64,000 nt of DNA from Amoebidium appalachense. Lineage: Eukaryota; Protista; Ichthyosporea. The DNA lies in NCBI GenBank assembly GCA_963693365.1, contig CAVNZM010000006.1, positions 6,179,264 to 6,243,263 of the forward strand. The letters run 5' to 3'. The position numbers and the translations under genes were made by a program. Every line of letters begins with the position of its first letter. Position 1 is the first letter of the stretch. Below, piece after piece: positions 58,875 to 64,000 of the stretch. Under the pieces are notes generated by a model. It saw only the letters and a list, made by a program, of their open reading frames with translations. It was not told the DNA's origin and made no database searches.

Positions 58875-59016
58875 GGCGACTGTAGAACGCCTAGAACGAC
58901 CAGATCAATTAAAATTTTAGATGTCATGTAGGAAGCATGCACCCGCATGATGTGTATATGTAGTGCGCGCACCCAACGGTGTGTGTTTGTGTGCGCTTAG
59001 GTGTGGGTGTGTGTGT

Positions 59017-59053
<37 letters not shown>

Positions 59054-59118
59054 CATGCGCTTGTGTGTGTGTGTGCGTGCGCACGCGCTTGTGTGTGTGT
59101 GTGTGCGTGCGCACGCGC

Positions 59119-59190
<72 letters not shown>

Positions 59191-59235
59191 AAACTGAGTC
59201 TCTAACCTGTATGTACATTCCTTCACACACGTGCT

Positions 59236-63620
<4,385 letters not shown>

Positions 63621-63624
63621 CTGT

Positions 63625-63765
<141 letters not shown>

Positions 63766-64000
63766 GTATGTGAGGATTTTGGACTCGGAGGGGGGAGGGG
63801 GGAATAAGTGTGTGCTTATTTGTGACGTACGTCTGTGTGCGCTTGGCGATGGTGATATGGGGGGGGGGGGGGGGGGGGGGGGGGGGGAAGAGGGAGGGGG
63901 AGACAGACAGAGAGAGAGGAGAGAAAGGGTAGGTGCGCGTGTGTGCGTGTGTGTGCATGTGCGGTAATGTTATGTATCTGTGTGTCTGTGTTGTTTTTTG

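Overview
Eukaryotic nuclear DNA with many introns and a very high load of (CA)n/(GT)n/(GA)n microsatellites and poly-G/poly-C runs. Most ORFs in the supplied track are translations of these repeats. By manual splicing I reconstructed six host genes: RNASEK/V-ATPase subunit f (-), a 53-aa micro-exon ATP synthase subunit j/6.8PL-like gene (-), 21-exon TSR1 (+), a PP2C phosphatase with a frameshift (+), an intronless C2H2 zinc-finger gene (+), and the 3' part of YEATS4/Yaf9 (-). The gene style would fit a unicellular opisthokont, but that is a guess. The most unusual signal is mobile DNA. A single-ORF APE-endonuclease/RT non-LTR retrotransposon ends in ...AAACCCC with no poly(A) tail. It sits in the loop of a 15-bp hairpin inside a TIR element, and an identical 218-bp 5'-truncated daughter copy with a target-site duplication lies 7 kb away. 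Separately, a ~440-bp highly structured non-coding repeat occurs in about 14 full, partial or degenerate copies. These copies are variably 5'-truncated, mostly end in CATTCAAA-poly(C), and all lie in introns in the host gene's sense orientation. Together these suggest a poly(C)-tailed LINE/SINE-like system, which is a hypothesis. All coordinates were read by eye and no database searches were run.
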